A stretch of 64,000 nucleotides of DNA from Candidatus Marinacidobacterales bacterium (GTDB taxonomy: Bacteria > Acidobacteriota > Vicinamibacteria > Marinacidobacterales > SMYC01): contig CBDCYI010000011.1 of assembly GCA_965224085.1 (NCBI GenBank), forward strand, positions 160,001 to 224,000, read 5' to 3'. Shown here piece after piece: positions 9,940-19,318 of the stretch. How positions within the stretch are numbered: position 1 is the stretch's first letter; every line of letters begins with the position of its first letter. Both the position numbers and the translations under genes were made by a program. The notes below the pieces were generated by a model that saw only the letters and a list, made by a program, of their open reading frames with translations, was not told where the DNA came from and did no database searches.

Positions 9940-9973
9940 TGAGATATTCTCTCACATATGAGAAATTATCTCA
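9940..9973. promoter_or_regulatory. Tandem palindromic TGAGA-N5-TCTCA boxes, probable enhancer (UAS) for the adjacent activator
   Basis: tgagatattctctca (9940-9954) and tgagaaattatctca (9959-9973). Confidence 0.7.
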
Positions 9974-10010
9974 GTACTAAAAGAATCCTAACTGCGATGA
10001 AACATCTATC

Positions 10011-10023
10011 TTTCAATGTCTTA
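10011..10023 (+). promoter_or_regulatory. IHF-like binding site
   Basis: tttcaatgtctta versus WATCAANNNNTTR (one mismatch); lies between the UAS and the -24 element. Confidence 0.55.
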
Positions 10024-10039
10024 CAGGTTTTTGATCGTT

Positions 10040-10055
10040 TGGCACAGATCGTTCA
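10040..10055 (+). promoter_or_regulatory. Sigma-54 -24/-12-like promoter
   Basis: TGGCAC-agatc-GTTCA; perfect -24, non-canonical -12 (TC instead of GC). Confidence 0.55.
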
Positions 10056-10118
10056 ATAGATTCCTGCAGAAGCCAGCTGCCGGTAGGTGGCCTGGAGAGA
10101 AATGGAGGAAGAGGGATC

Positions 10119-10175
10119 GTGATTCGTGTAACGGCTGTGGTCTTAATCAACGGCTTCGGCACCTCCTGGCGCTGA
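10119..10175 (+). CDS. Unannotated 18-aa peptide MIRVTAVVLINGFGTSWR
   Basis: GTG start after purine-rich GGAGGAAGAGG; TGA at 10173-10175; directly downstream of the sigma-54-like promoter. Confidence 0.55.
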   Translation: MIRVTAVVLINGFGTSWR

Positions 10176-10192
10176 GCTGGCTTCTTTAGCTT

Positions 10193-10231
10193 TCTGCATA
10201 GTTATGCTATATTAACGCATAATTATGACAC
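10193..10231 (+). promoter_or_regulatory. Tandem ARG boxes (ArgR operator) overlapping the argG promoter and start
   Basis: tctgcatagttatgctat + 3 bp + aacgcataattatgacac; classic 18-3-18 layout. Confidence 0.75.
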
Positions 10232-11436
10232 CTAAAAAGGTCGTTCTAGCGTATTCGGGAGGTCTCGACACCTCCGTCATCGTCCCCTGGTTGAAAGAGA
10301 ACTACGAGTGCGAGGTCATCGCGATGCTCGCGGACGTGGGACAGGGTGAAGATCTAGAAGCCGCCGCAAAAAAGGGCACGGCCATCGGCGCCAGGAAGAC
10401 GTTCGTCGAGGATCTGCGCACGGAGTTCGTGCGCGACTACGTCTTCCCGGCTCTGCGCGCCGGTGCTCGATACGAGCACGACTACCTCCTCGGTACGTCG
10501 CTCGCCCGGCCGATCATCGCCAAGCGTCAGGTCGAGATCGCACTCGCCGAAGGTGCTGCCTATGTCGCGCATGGCTGTACCGGCAAAGGCAACGATCAAG
10601 TGCGCTTCGAGCTCACGTTCCAAGCGCTCGCGCCCGAGCTCAAAGTCATCGCCCCGTGGCGTGAATGGGATATCCGCTCGCGCGAAGACGCGCTCGCCTA
10701 CGCGGAGAAACACGGGATTCCCGTCGCGCAAAGCAAAGAGAATATCTATAGCCGCGACCAGAACATCCTGCACTTGAGCCATGAAGGCGGTGCGCTCGAG
10801 CAACCGTGGACGCCGCCACCGGAGAATCTCTACCAGATCTCGAAGTCGCCCGCCGAAGCTCCAGCCGAGCCCGAGTTCGTCGAGATCGGGTTCGACAAAG
10901 GAACGCCCGTCTCGGTCAATGGCAAAGCGCTCGATCCGGTGCCGCTTCTCGAAAAACTCAACGAGCTCGGCGGTGCGCACGGCGTCGGCCGTATCGACAT
11001 CGTCGAGAACCGTTTGGTCGGGATGAAGTCGCGAGGCGTCTACGAGACGCCTGGCGGAACAATCCTGCACGCCGCGCATCGCTCTCTCGAGAGCATTACT
11101 CTCGACCGCGAGACCTCGCATTACAAAGCCGGGATGGCGATCAAATACTCTGAGATAGTTTATGACGGCCAGTGGTTCTCGCCGCTTCGGGAAGCACTCG
11201 ACACGTTCGTCGACCGAACGCAGCAAACAGTCACGGGCGACGTTCTCGTACAGCTCTACAAGGGTAGCGCCAACGCCGTCGGACGGCGCTCGCCCCACAG
11301 CTTGTACTCGGAGGATTTCGCGACTTTCGGTGAAGACGATGTCTACAAGCAAGCGGACGCCGAAGGCTTTATCCGTCTGTTTGGCCTTCCTCAGAGAATT
11401 CGCAAGCTGAGCGAGCGCGCGGGCGAGAGAGGATGA
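10225..11436 (+). CDS. argG: Argininosuccinate synthase
   Basis: [44 protein letters not shown]. Confidence 0.98.
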   Translation: MTPKKVVLAYSGGLDTSVIVPWLKENYECEVIAMLADVGQGEDLEAAAKKGTAIGARKTFVEDLRTEFVRDYVFPALRAGARYEHDYLLGTSLARPIIAKRQVEIALAEGAAYVAHGCTGKGNDQVRFELTFQALAPELKVIAPWREWDIRSREDALAYAEKHGIPVAQSKENIYSRDQNILHLSHEGGALEQPWTPPPENLYQISKSPAEAPAEPEFVEIGFDKGTPVSVNGKALDPVPLLEKLNELGGAHGVGRIDIVENRLVGMKSRGVYETPGGTILHAAHRSLESITLDRETSHYKAGMAIKYSEIVYDGQWFSPLREALDTFVDRTQQTVTGDVLVQLYKGSANAVGRRSPHSLYSEDFATFGEDDVYKQADAEGFIRLFGLPQRIRKLSERAGERG

Positions 11437-12791
11437 AGCTCTGGGGCGGCCGGTTCAAGAAGCCCACAGCACCGGAGTTCGAAGCACTCGGGATCTCGAT
11501 CGACTTCGACCGAAGGCTCGCCTTCGAAGATGTCTGCATCAACCGAGCCTATGCGCGCGAGCTTTCGGCAGTCGGTGTCCTCAGTGAAGCCGAGCTCGAG
11601 ACGATCATCCAAGGTCTCGAGAAGGTCGAGGCGCGGCTGAAAGAAAACCCCGTTCTCGAAGATGAAGACATTCATACCGCGGTGGAACGGCTGCTCTCAG
11701 AGGTCATCGATCCCGAGATCGCCGCCAAAGTTCCGACGGGTCGAAGCCGCAACGACCTCGCGGTCACCGAGCTTCGCCTTTATCTTGCGAGCGCCATCAT
11801 CACGCGCATCGCAGACATCAAGAAGCTTCAAGAGAGTTTGCTCGCGCAGGCGCGCGCTAACCAGGACGCCCTCTTGCCCGGCTACACCCATCTTCGCCGC
11901 GGACAGCCCGTCGTTTTTGCCCAATACCTCCTTGCCTATTTCTGGGCGCTCGATCGGGACCGCGAGCGGCTCGTGCAAGCTCGACAACGATCCCTCGGTC
12001 TTGCCCTCGGCGCGGGTGCTTTGGCCGGCAATCCGTTCGGGGTCGATCGGCGCCGGCTTGCGGACGAGCTCGGCTTCGAGCGCGTGCTTCCGAACAGCAT
12101 CGACGCGATCTCATCGCGCGACTACATTCTCGAGTTTCTCTCGGCCGGCGCCATACTCGGAACGCATCTCTCGCGTATGGCCGAAGATCTCATCTTGTGG
12201 TCGGGCGTCGAGTACGGCTTCGTCACCATCGACGAGAGCTATGCGACGGGAAGCAGCCTCATGCCGCAGAAGCGCAATCCCGACAGCCTCGAGCTCATCC
12301 GAGGCAAGTCCGGTAGACTCACCGGAAATCTCATGGCGCTCCTCACGGTCGTCAAAGGGCTTGCGACCGGTTATCAGCGTGACCTACAGGAAGACAAAGA
12401 GCCTGCCTTCGATACGTTGGATACGCTTGGCCTCGTGCTGCCGGTGATGGACGGTGTCGTTCGCACGCTTACCGTGAACCGCGCAGGCATGAAGCAAGCG
12501 CTCTCGCCCGATTTACTCGCCACCGACCTCGCCGAGTACCTCGTTCGGCGCGGGATTCCCTTCCGCAACGCGCACGCCATCGTGGGCGAGGTGCTCGCCC
12601 TAGCCGCAGAGAAGGGCGTTTCCCCCGGCGAGCTCTCGCTCGACGAGCTGCGCGGCTTCTCACCTGAGTTCGAAGACGACGTGTCCGAAGTCTGGGACTA
12701 CCGGGCCTCCGTGGCTCGACGCGATACCGAAGGTGGGGTCTCGCCCCGCGCGATCGAAGAGCAACTCGCGAAGGCCGAGAAACGGCTCTAG
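11433..12791 (+). CDS. argH: Argininosuccinate lyase
   Basis: [40 protein letters not shown]. Confidence 0.98.
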   Translation: MKLWGGRFKKPTAPEFEALGISIDFDRRLAFEDVCINRAYARELSAVGVLSEAELETIIQGLEKVEARLKENPVLEDEDIHTAVERLLSEVIDPEIAAKVPTGRSRNDLAVTELRLYLASAIITRIADIKKLQESLLAQARANQDALLPGYTHLRRGQPVVFAQYLLAYFWALDRDRERLVQARQRSLGLALGAGALAGNPFGVDRRRLADELGFERVLPNSIDAISSRDYILEFLSAGAILGTHLSRMAEDLILWSGVEYGFVTIDESYATGSSLMPQKRNPDSLELIRGKSGRLTGNLMALLTVVKGLATGYQRDLQEDKEPAFDTLDTLGLVLPVMDGVVRTLTVNRAGMKQALSPDLLATDLAEYLVRRGIPFRNAHAIVGEVLALAAEKGVSPGELSLDELRGFSPEFEDDVSEVWDYRASVARRDTEGGVSPRAIEEQLAKAEKRL

Positions 12792-12802
12792 ATGACTTCC
12801 CG

Positions 12803-13450
12803 CTAACACAGACGCTCATCGAAAAAACTGAGGACGCGGTCGAGCGCTTGCCGCGTGGGGAGACCGTCCTCGTCCACGAGCTCCTCGGTCAAGACACTAT
12901 GGGCCGTTTTTGAAAATCCCCACCGATTGCCCGGGATGGAGTCGATCTCGATCGCTTCAAAGCCTTCGCCGAGCTCGCTGCGGAGACGGTCGGCGCGCCG
13001 CCGGGCAGCCCGGATCGTGCGTGAAGCGTAGGCCCAACACACTGAGATTGCGGCCTTCGCCATGGATGCGTTTTCGGACGCCTTTGAGCTCCTCACTCGA
13101 AAGATGGATTCCTGCCTTTCGAGATGCTCCGAGCGGAAGGGGCAGCGCGGGCTGCGACAATACCGGAGCGCGCACCGCGGGTTCGATCATCAACGCGAGC
13201 GCGAAGTTACCCGTCAGGCACATTCCGAGTGCGCCGATGCCCGGGCCGCCAAGCTCTTCGTGAATCTTGCGACAGAGCGCCCGTAGCCAGTCGCAGATCG
13301 GGCCCGATCCGCCTGACGCGAGCACATGGAACTCGCGAGAAATACACGCCCGCGCCATCTGGGAGGCCGCGTATGGCAACGAGACGGGCTTGTCGACTTT
13401 GCCGAACATCTCCGGGAGAAACACCGTGAACCCGCGCTCACGCATGAGTA
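12803..13450 (-). pseudogene. Dienelactone-hydrolase-family gene, frameshifted and 5'-truncated
   Basis: ACISREF, GALGMCLTGNFAL, APVLSQP, GLRFT.D..CPA, AHSVLT; frame change near 13000. Confidence 0.75.
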
Positions 13451-13454
13451 AGAG

Positions 13455-13810
13455 TGCATCACGATCTTCGCGGAACGTCGGACCGATACCGACCCGTAGG
13501 CCGAGCGCTAGGATCATGTTCTTCGGCAGCTTGAAATAGAAAAACTGCTGCGCGAGTGCCTTCAAATACGGCGCCCCGGCGCCCAGAATCCGAGAGGACC
13601 ATTCGAGATCGAGAATCCGAAACTGGCCCGCCGGAGGGTTGAGAGGATCGTCTCGTCGATCGGTCACCGAGGCGGCCGAGAGCGAGGCAACGCGTACGTT
13701 GCGGAAACGACGTCGATCACGCCTATATCGACGAGAAGGTTGAGACTTTCGTGCGGTTGAAGCGATAGCGGAACAGCAGATTCTGATGCTCGCCGAGGCG
13801 TGAGCTCCAA
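13455..13810 (-). pseudogene. Internal fragment of a BamA/TamA-like beta-barrel gene
   Basis: DRRDDPLNP..G...LDLEWSSRILG....YLK...Q.F.Y. Confidence 0.55.
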
Positions 13811-13826
13811 CGTGACGCAGGTGGTG

Positions 13827-14407
13827 TCACTCGACCGCGACCCGGCCCGTCATCTGGGGGTGCAGGGTGCAGTGAATCCTGTACACCCCCCGCTCATCGA
13901 AAGAAATCTCGAATAAGTCGCCGGTTCTGAGCGCGCCCGAGTCGAACTCGACTGACGGGTCTCCGTTTCCGCCGGCCGTTACCGTGTGAGGGACGTCGTC
14001 CCAGTTGACGAAAGAGATCTTCTGGCCAGGCTTCGCAGCAATCTCACCAAAGCTGAAGTTGCTGATCGATGCATAGACGCCATCGCTGGCGTCCACCTCG
14101 GCGAAGACACCCCGCACAACGTCGGCCCGGGTGGCCAGCGGCCAAATCGTTGGGTTCCACATGGAAAAAACGCCCGCGGGATTGTCGAAGTTGCGTGCTC
14201 TTTGTAGGTGTAGCGACTGAAGCCGTACGAGCCGATGGGGCGATCTGGAAGGACCGGGAGCAGATCTCGATCCGTCATCCGTGGTCGAGCGTCCGCCACA
14301 TCGTCTTCGCGCGTCTGCGGCATTGCCTCGCTATCGGCGAGTTCCGCGCAACCGATGGCCGCGATCGCACAGATTCCAGCGAAAACGAAGAGGGCTCTTT
14401 GCTCCAT
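13827..14407 (-). pseudogene. Cupredoxin (plastocyanin/azurin-like) lipoprotein split across two frames
   Basis: Lipobox AIGC; NWDDVPHTVT, FDSG.L, YRIHCTLHPQMTG copper ligands. Confidence 0.7.
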
Positions 14408-14617
14408 TCGTCACGTCCTATGCTGGTTTGGCACGCGCACCACCCAAACCGCAAAAGGTAGCACGTCGGCACACCGGCCGCTACTCGAGGTCCTGTTCGA
14501 TCAAAAGCCAAGGGGTGCGCGTCGAAGTGACTTCCTCCGCGTCCGTTCTTTGCGTACGGCGAGTTCCTGGATTGCCTTTGCCGGTACTCCCCGCATCGTT
14601 TTGGGAGAAGGTCATGA

Positions 14618-16303
14618 TCACTCCCGGAGCTCCGACTCGCCGTCGACTCTCACGGCGCCGAGGTCGTAGACCTCGATCATCTCATCCTCGTAGATCCTGG
14701 GAAAACGATCGGCGACGGACGCGGGAAGAATCATCGGCTCAGGCCCGTATTCCAGCGTCCAGTAGCCCTCTATTTGGGAGTTGTCGAAGAGGTGATGATT
14801 CAAAGGCGAGATCCTGGATAGGGCGCGATGCATCCGGCTCATCTCGTCTTGAATCCGCTTGTGATAGATAAGGAAGCGAGCGTCCGAAGGCAGCACCATG
14901 GGGTGACTCGTTAAATTCGCAATGCGCCCAAATGTCAGCCGGTCATCGTTGAAAACCGATTGAAATCTCCCGCTCGCCAGTGTGCCCGTATAGACGTCGC
15001 GGCCGTGCTCTCTCTGGTAGATGCCGTAGATCGGAAAAATGATCGACAGTGGAGCTTCGATGAGCGCGCCGGCGGGCAGGTCCTGCTTCAACCGAGAGTA
15101 GAACGCGGGTTGAGCATCCATGATTCCGCCGGTCCTCAAGTCTCGTGGGAGAAACGCCATAAATGGATGGGAGCGATAGGCCGACCCGCGCAGTGTTCCG
15201 TAGCGACCAGCTCGAACATGAGCCGTGAATAGCAAAACGGCGAGGCTGGCCGCAACCGGATAGCCTAGAAAAGGACGATTCACCTTCCGGCAAATCACAT
15301 CCAACAGCCAAGCGAGGGGGACGGCGGTGAATGCCAGCAGAAACGGAATCAGGTGCGCGAGGTAACGTAACCATATCCAGGGTATCTCGACCAGAAAAGG
15401 CTGAAAGTACCAGACGACGGACAGTTGCACTCCCAGCATGGCGCACACGACGGCGATTTCCGTGGGATAGCGCACGCCGATCCGCCATGCGCCTACCGCC
15501 CAGATCACTGGCCACAGGAAGACTGGAGGGTCCAGCCCGGTACCATGAAGCAACATCAACCCATACCGGACGGTCTCCCATGTCATCGCCCCCTTGCCGC
15601 TCTTGAAGCCGATCTCCTCCAGAAGAGAGGATCGGGCAGGAGCCAGCAAGAGCGCGGCGAGAACGGTGACGAGCAGGGCTGACCAAACAACGTCCTTCCT
15701 TCTCGCCGAACTACAACCCCGTCGAAAACAGCTCATCAGAATGAACAGGGCAAGGACCGCGCAACTCGGAGACACGATCGGATGGAAACTTACCGCCAGC
15801 ACACAGGAGGAACCGGCGATCATGAGCATCCAGCGTTGCTCCTCTCGGGCCCAAGCGAAGGAGAGAAGACAGGCCAGCAGGAATAGCATCAGCACGATCG
15901 GATAAGGACGGGCCTCCCCAGAGAGATAGATGAGGTGCGGGGAGAGAGCGACCAAAGCCGTCAACAGCACAGACTCCGACGGGCGCAGTAGTCGCATGGA
16001 AGCCCAGCCCGTCAACCCGACCAGCCCGATTCCTGCAACCGCGCCTGGAAGACGATAGGCCCACTCCCCCAAGCCGTGGTTCTCGGCGATCCATTTCGCC
16101 CACAGTGTCAACGGGATACAGTGATCGTGACGGCCGAGATGCGTCAGAATCCAGCCCCAGCTCTCCCGGGTCAGAACGACGATGCCGTGCAGCTCGTCCT
16201 GAAACAGTAGATGCGAACCGAGGCCCTTCAGCCTCAACCACGCGGCTGCCGCAACGAGCAATGAAATGGACCCGACCACGATGCGGCGCGAACTCACTCC
16301 CAT
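14618..16303 (-). CDS. GT-C-type (GT39/ArnT-like) membrane glycosyltransferase
   Basis: LFQDELH, YRLP..AG, LSP.LIYLSGEARPY; many TM helices. Confidence 0.7.
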   Translation of the reverse strand: MGVSSRRIVVGSISLLVAAAAWLRLKGLGSHLLFQDELHGIVVLTRESWGWILTHLGRHDHCIPLTLWAKWIAENHGLGEWAYRLPGAVAGIGLVGLTGWASMRLLRPSESVLLTALVALSPHLIYLSGEARPYPIVLMLFLLACLLSFAWAREEQRWMLMIAGSSCVLAVSFHPIVSPSCAVLALFILMSCFRRGCSSARRKDVVWSALLVTVLAALLLAPARSSLLEEIGFKSGKGAMTWETVRYGLMLLHGTGLDPPVFLWPVIWAVGAWRIGVRYPTEIAVVCAMLGVQLSVVWYFQPFLVEIPWIWLRYLAHLIPFLLAFTAVPLAWLLDVICRKVNRPFLGYPVAASLAVLLFTAHVRAGRYGTLRGSAYRSHPFMAFLPRDLRTGGIMDAQPAFYSRLKQDLPAGALIEAPLSIIFPIYGIYQREHGRDVYTGTLASGRFQSVFNDDRLTFGRIANLTSHPMVLPSDARFLIYHKRIQDEMSRMHRALSRISPLNHHLFDNSQIEGYWTLEYGPEPMILPASVADRFPRIYEDEMIEVYDLGAVRVDGESELRE

Positions 16304-16714
16304 GTTCGTGGTCTCTACAGCTGGAAGGATATACGTGTCCGGTGCGGATCCGCTCGAATTTTCCGACCAAGCTAGGGCCGTGCGGCCCGATTTGAGTGCC
16401 GCTGAGAGTACCAGAACTCGAGCAAGAAGGACAGGAAGGACAGGAAATTGCTCCCTCAGCCTGTGGGCGGTGGGGTCGAGGCCTGGCGCGGTAGAGGTAG
16501 GCGAGGGGAGTAGCTGTTGCTGGCGGCTTTCCCCGAGTGCCGATGCCTCAGTCTTTTACATGTCCCCGTTTCCAGCCCCCTCCACCTCGCACGCAACGCG
16601 CGGATTTCCCGCAAAACGTGCTCCTGCACGCTCATGCCAAGGGAAGGTAGCCTATCCGGTTGGGCCACTGTCCACGAGGGCTCGAGATAACGGACCCGAT
16701 AGTCGTTAAACAGT

Positions 16715-16860
16715 CCGAGGTCACCACCTTTCAAGCGAACGACACGGTCGCCTCCGCGGGCGAGATGGATCATGAGCTGATGGATGGCCGTTTGCCCGAT
16801 ACTTCCGCGCCCCCTTGAGCGTGCCGACGTCGAAGCACTAAGCGTTTTTTGCCAGGGTCA
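16715..16860 (-). pseudogene. Fragment of uroporphyrinogen-III C-methyltransferase (CobA/CysG)
   Basis: Q.AIHQLMIHLARGGDRVVRLKGGD. Confidence 0.65.
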
Positions 16861-16890
16861 GAATCGCGGCCGACACCAGAGATCCTACGG

Positions 16891-17679
16891 CTACTCGCTT
16901 CGCGACTCGCCTTTGGCTCGCTCTGCGCTTGGGCTGACGGCTCTCTGGAGCTCCCAGAGCTTGGCGTATTTGCTGAACGAGTAGAACGCCCCAGTCACCG
17001 CCATGATGATGCCGTTGCGGCCGTCGAGAATCCCCGCCTTCAAGATCAAATCCCTGAAGATGGAGAGCGGAAGGATAAACAGGAGCTTCAGCACTCCCGC
17101 GCGCTCGCCCTGACGGTGCAGCTCTTCGGCCGCCGTCGTCGCGTAGGTGTCGCTCTTGACGACGCGGTGACTCAGCGATTCGGTCGTATAGTGGTGAAGC
17201 TCTCCCTCGAGACGCTCGACGGCGCCGTCCACGAGAACACGCTCGTGCACACGGTGGTCGGAGACGCGGCCTTTTTCCCGCTGGAACAGCCGCTCGACAT
17301 AAGAAGGCCCCCCGTTCCCGAACTTTAGTCGATCGCCACAGTAGTAGTTCACGCGCAGCATGGAGTAGCCCGCGACGCGTCCCTTCGACTGCACCGCGCG
17401 CTGTATCTCGGCAGCAAGCGTGTCATCGACGACTTCGTCCGCGTCGAGAAAGAGCACCCAATCCCCTTCGGCTTTCGATAGCGCATAGTTTTTCTGAGGG
17501 CCGTAGCCTTGCCAGTCTTCCTGCAAGTAGACCTTGGCGCCGAGCTCTTGGGCGAGCTCGCGCGTGCCGTCCGTCGAGCCGGAATCCACCACGACGATCG
17601 CATCCGCAAAGGAAACGGCCGAAAGAGTCCGCTTCAAAAGATGCGCGGCATCCCGGGTGATGAGAACGACCGACAGCAT
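16891..17679 (-). CDS. GT2 glycosyltransferase (KdtX/WaaE-like)
   Basis: VVDSGSTDGT, WQGYGPQKN, FLDADE, VHE, K.GILDG..G. Confidence 0.9.
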   Translation of the reverse strand: MLSVVLITRDAAHLLKRTLSAVSFADAIVVVDSGSTDGTRELAQELGAKVYLQEDWQGYGPQKNYALSKAEGDWVLFLDADEVVDDTLAAEIQRAVQSKGRVAGYSMLRVNYYCGDRLKFGNGGPSYVERLFQREKGRVSDHRVHERVLVDGAVERLEGELHHYTTESLSHRVVKSDTYATTAAEELHRQGERAGVLKLLFILPLSIFRDLILKAGILDGRNGIIMAVTGAFYSFSKYAKLWELQRAVSPSAERAKGESRSE

Positions 17680-17699
17680 GGGCCTTATAATAGCGGACC
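17680..17699. promoter_or_regulatory. Overlapping divergent -10 elements (bidirectional, leaderless)
   Basis: TATAAT (+, 17686-17691) and TATTAT (-, 17692-17687) in a 20-bp gap; no SD sequences. Confidence 0.6.
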
Positions 17700-18698
17700 G
17701 TGGACTACCGATCTGCAGGCGTCGACATCGACAAAGCGACCAAAGCCTTGGGGAAGGTGCGCGCGGCCGCGCGCTCGACCTACCAACCTGGGACGCTTTC
17801 CGATATCGGCAGCTTTGGCGGCCTCTTTCGGCTCGACACCGAGCGCTACAAAAAGCCCGTTCTCGTCGCGAGCACGGACGGGGTGGGCACGAAGCTCAAG
17901 ATTGCCTTCGCCACCGGACGGCACGAGGGCATCGGCTACGACCTCGTGGCGCATTGCGTGAACGACATTCTCGTCCAAGGCGCGCGACCCCTCTTCTTCC
18001 TCGACTATCTCGCCATGGGAAAGCTCGACGGGGACGTTGCCACCTCCGTGGTGCAGGGGATGGCAGAGGCGTGCCGCGAGTTCAAGCTGTCGCTTCTCGG
18101 CGGCGAGACGGCAGAGATGCCCGGTTTCTATGCTTCGGGCGAGTACGACGTCGCTGGCACCATCATCGGTGTGGTTGAGGAAGGCCGCATCATCGACGGC
18201 TCGAAAGCCGAGCCCGGCGACAGGCTGTGGGCCATCCCGTCATGGGGCCTCCATACGAACGGCTATTCGCTCGCCCGCAAGATTCTCTTCGAGCAAGAAG
18301 GCTTCGAGCCATCCGAGCACGTGGAGGCGCTCGGCGGCACCATCGCGGACGTCTTGCTCGCAAAGCACCGCTGCTATCTGCCGGACCTCGAGCCGCACCT
18401 CGATTCGGGGGCGATCAAAGCACTCGCACACATTACGGGAGGCGGGCTCACGGATAACATCCCGCGCGTTCTCCCCGAGGGGTGCGGTGTGCGCATCGAC
18501 CTCGGACAGCTTCGGCCACTTCCCGTGTTCCGCTATCTGATGGAAAAAGGAAACGTTGAAGCGCGCGAGATGTTGCGCGCGTTCAACATGGGCGTGGGCA
18601 TGGTGGTGATAGCGAGTGACGATCTCGGTCTCGCGGAGTCGTGGCGCATTGGGGAAGTCATCTCTGGGAGCGGCGTCGAGTATGAGGGTGCTTTATGA
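17700..18698 (+). CDS. purM: Phosphoribosylformylglycinamidine cyclo-ligase
   Basis: Y..AGVDI, STDGVGTKL, GARPLFFLDY, GGETAEMPG, AHITGGG, FNMGVG. Confidence 0.97.
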   Translation: MDYRSAGVDIDKATKALGKVRAAARSTYQPGTLSDIGSFGGLFRLDTERYKKPVLVASTDGVGTKLKIAFATGRHEGIGYDLVAHCVNDILVQGARPLFFLDYLAMGKLDGDVATSVVQGMAEACREFKLSLLGGETAEMPGFYASGEYDVAGTIIGVVEEGRIIDGSKAEPGDRLWAIPSWGLHTNGYSLARKILFEQEGFEPSEHVEALGGTIADVLLAKHRCYLPDLEPHLDSGAIKALAHITGGGLTDNIPRVLPEGCGVRIDLGQLRPLPVFRYLMEKGNVEAREMLRAFNMGVGMVVIASDDLGLAESWRIGEVISGSGVEYEGAL

Positions 18699-19303
18699 GC
18701 CGAACGCTCGGCGTCCTGATTTCAGGACGCGGCTCGAACCTGCAGGCGATTCTGGATGCGATCGATGAGGGGCGCCTCGACGCCTATGTGGGGATCGTCA
18801 TCAGCAATAACGATGATGCCCCGGGACTCGAGCGTGCGGCCAAGGCCGGTGCCGCCACCGCGGTGCTGTCGCACAAGGACTACGCCTCTAGAGAGGCCTT
18901 CGACGAGGCCGCGCTCGCGCGGCTCAGTGAGCACGACGTCGAGGTCGTCTGCCTCGCGGGCTTCATGCGGATCCTCTCACCGGTCCTCGTGCGCGCCTTC
19001 CCAAACCGCATCTTGAACATCCACCCGTCGCTCCTCCCTTCTTTCATCGGGCTCCACGCGCAGAAGCAGGCCATCGAGCACGGTGTGAAGGTGAGCGGCT
19101 GCACCGTGCACCTAGTAGACGAGGAGCTCGACCACGGCCCGATCTTGTTGCAACGCACGGTACCCGTGCTCGAACACGACACCGAAGAAACGCTCTCGGC
19201 CCGCATCCTCGAACAAGAGCACAACCTTTACCCCGAAGCCGTCCGGCTCGTGCTAGATGGAAAAGTTCGTGTCGAGGGACGGCGCGCCATTATCGAAACA
19301 TGA
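18695..19303 (+). CDS. purN: Phosphoribosylglycinamide formyltransferase
   Basis: LISGRGSNLQA, LAGFMRIL, NIHPSLLP, GCTVH.V...LDHGPI. Confidence 0.97.
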   Translation: MSRTLGVLISGRGSNLQAILDAIDEGRLDAYVGIVISNNDDAPGLERAAKAGAATAVLSHKDYASREAFDEAALARLSEHDVEVVCLAGFMRILSPVLVRAFPNRILNIHPSLLPSFIGLHAQKQAIEHGVKVSGCTVHLVDEELDHGPILLQRTVPVLEHDTEETLSARILEQEHNLYPEAVRLVLDGKVRVEGRRAIIET

Positions 19304-19318
19304 AGCCATTGTCGAAAC

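Noticed and set aside
10119-10175. Peptide as an arginine attenuator leader for argG
   Set aside because: Only two scattered Arg codons and no terminator/antiterminator pair; argG has its own ARG boxes and -10
16426-16446. aaggacagg tandem duplication
   Set aside because: Two copies of a 9-mer in degraded intergenic DNA; no evident function
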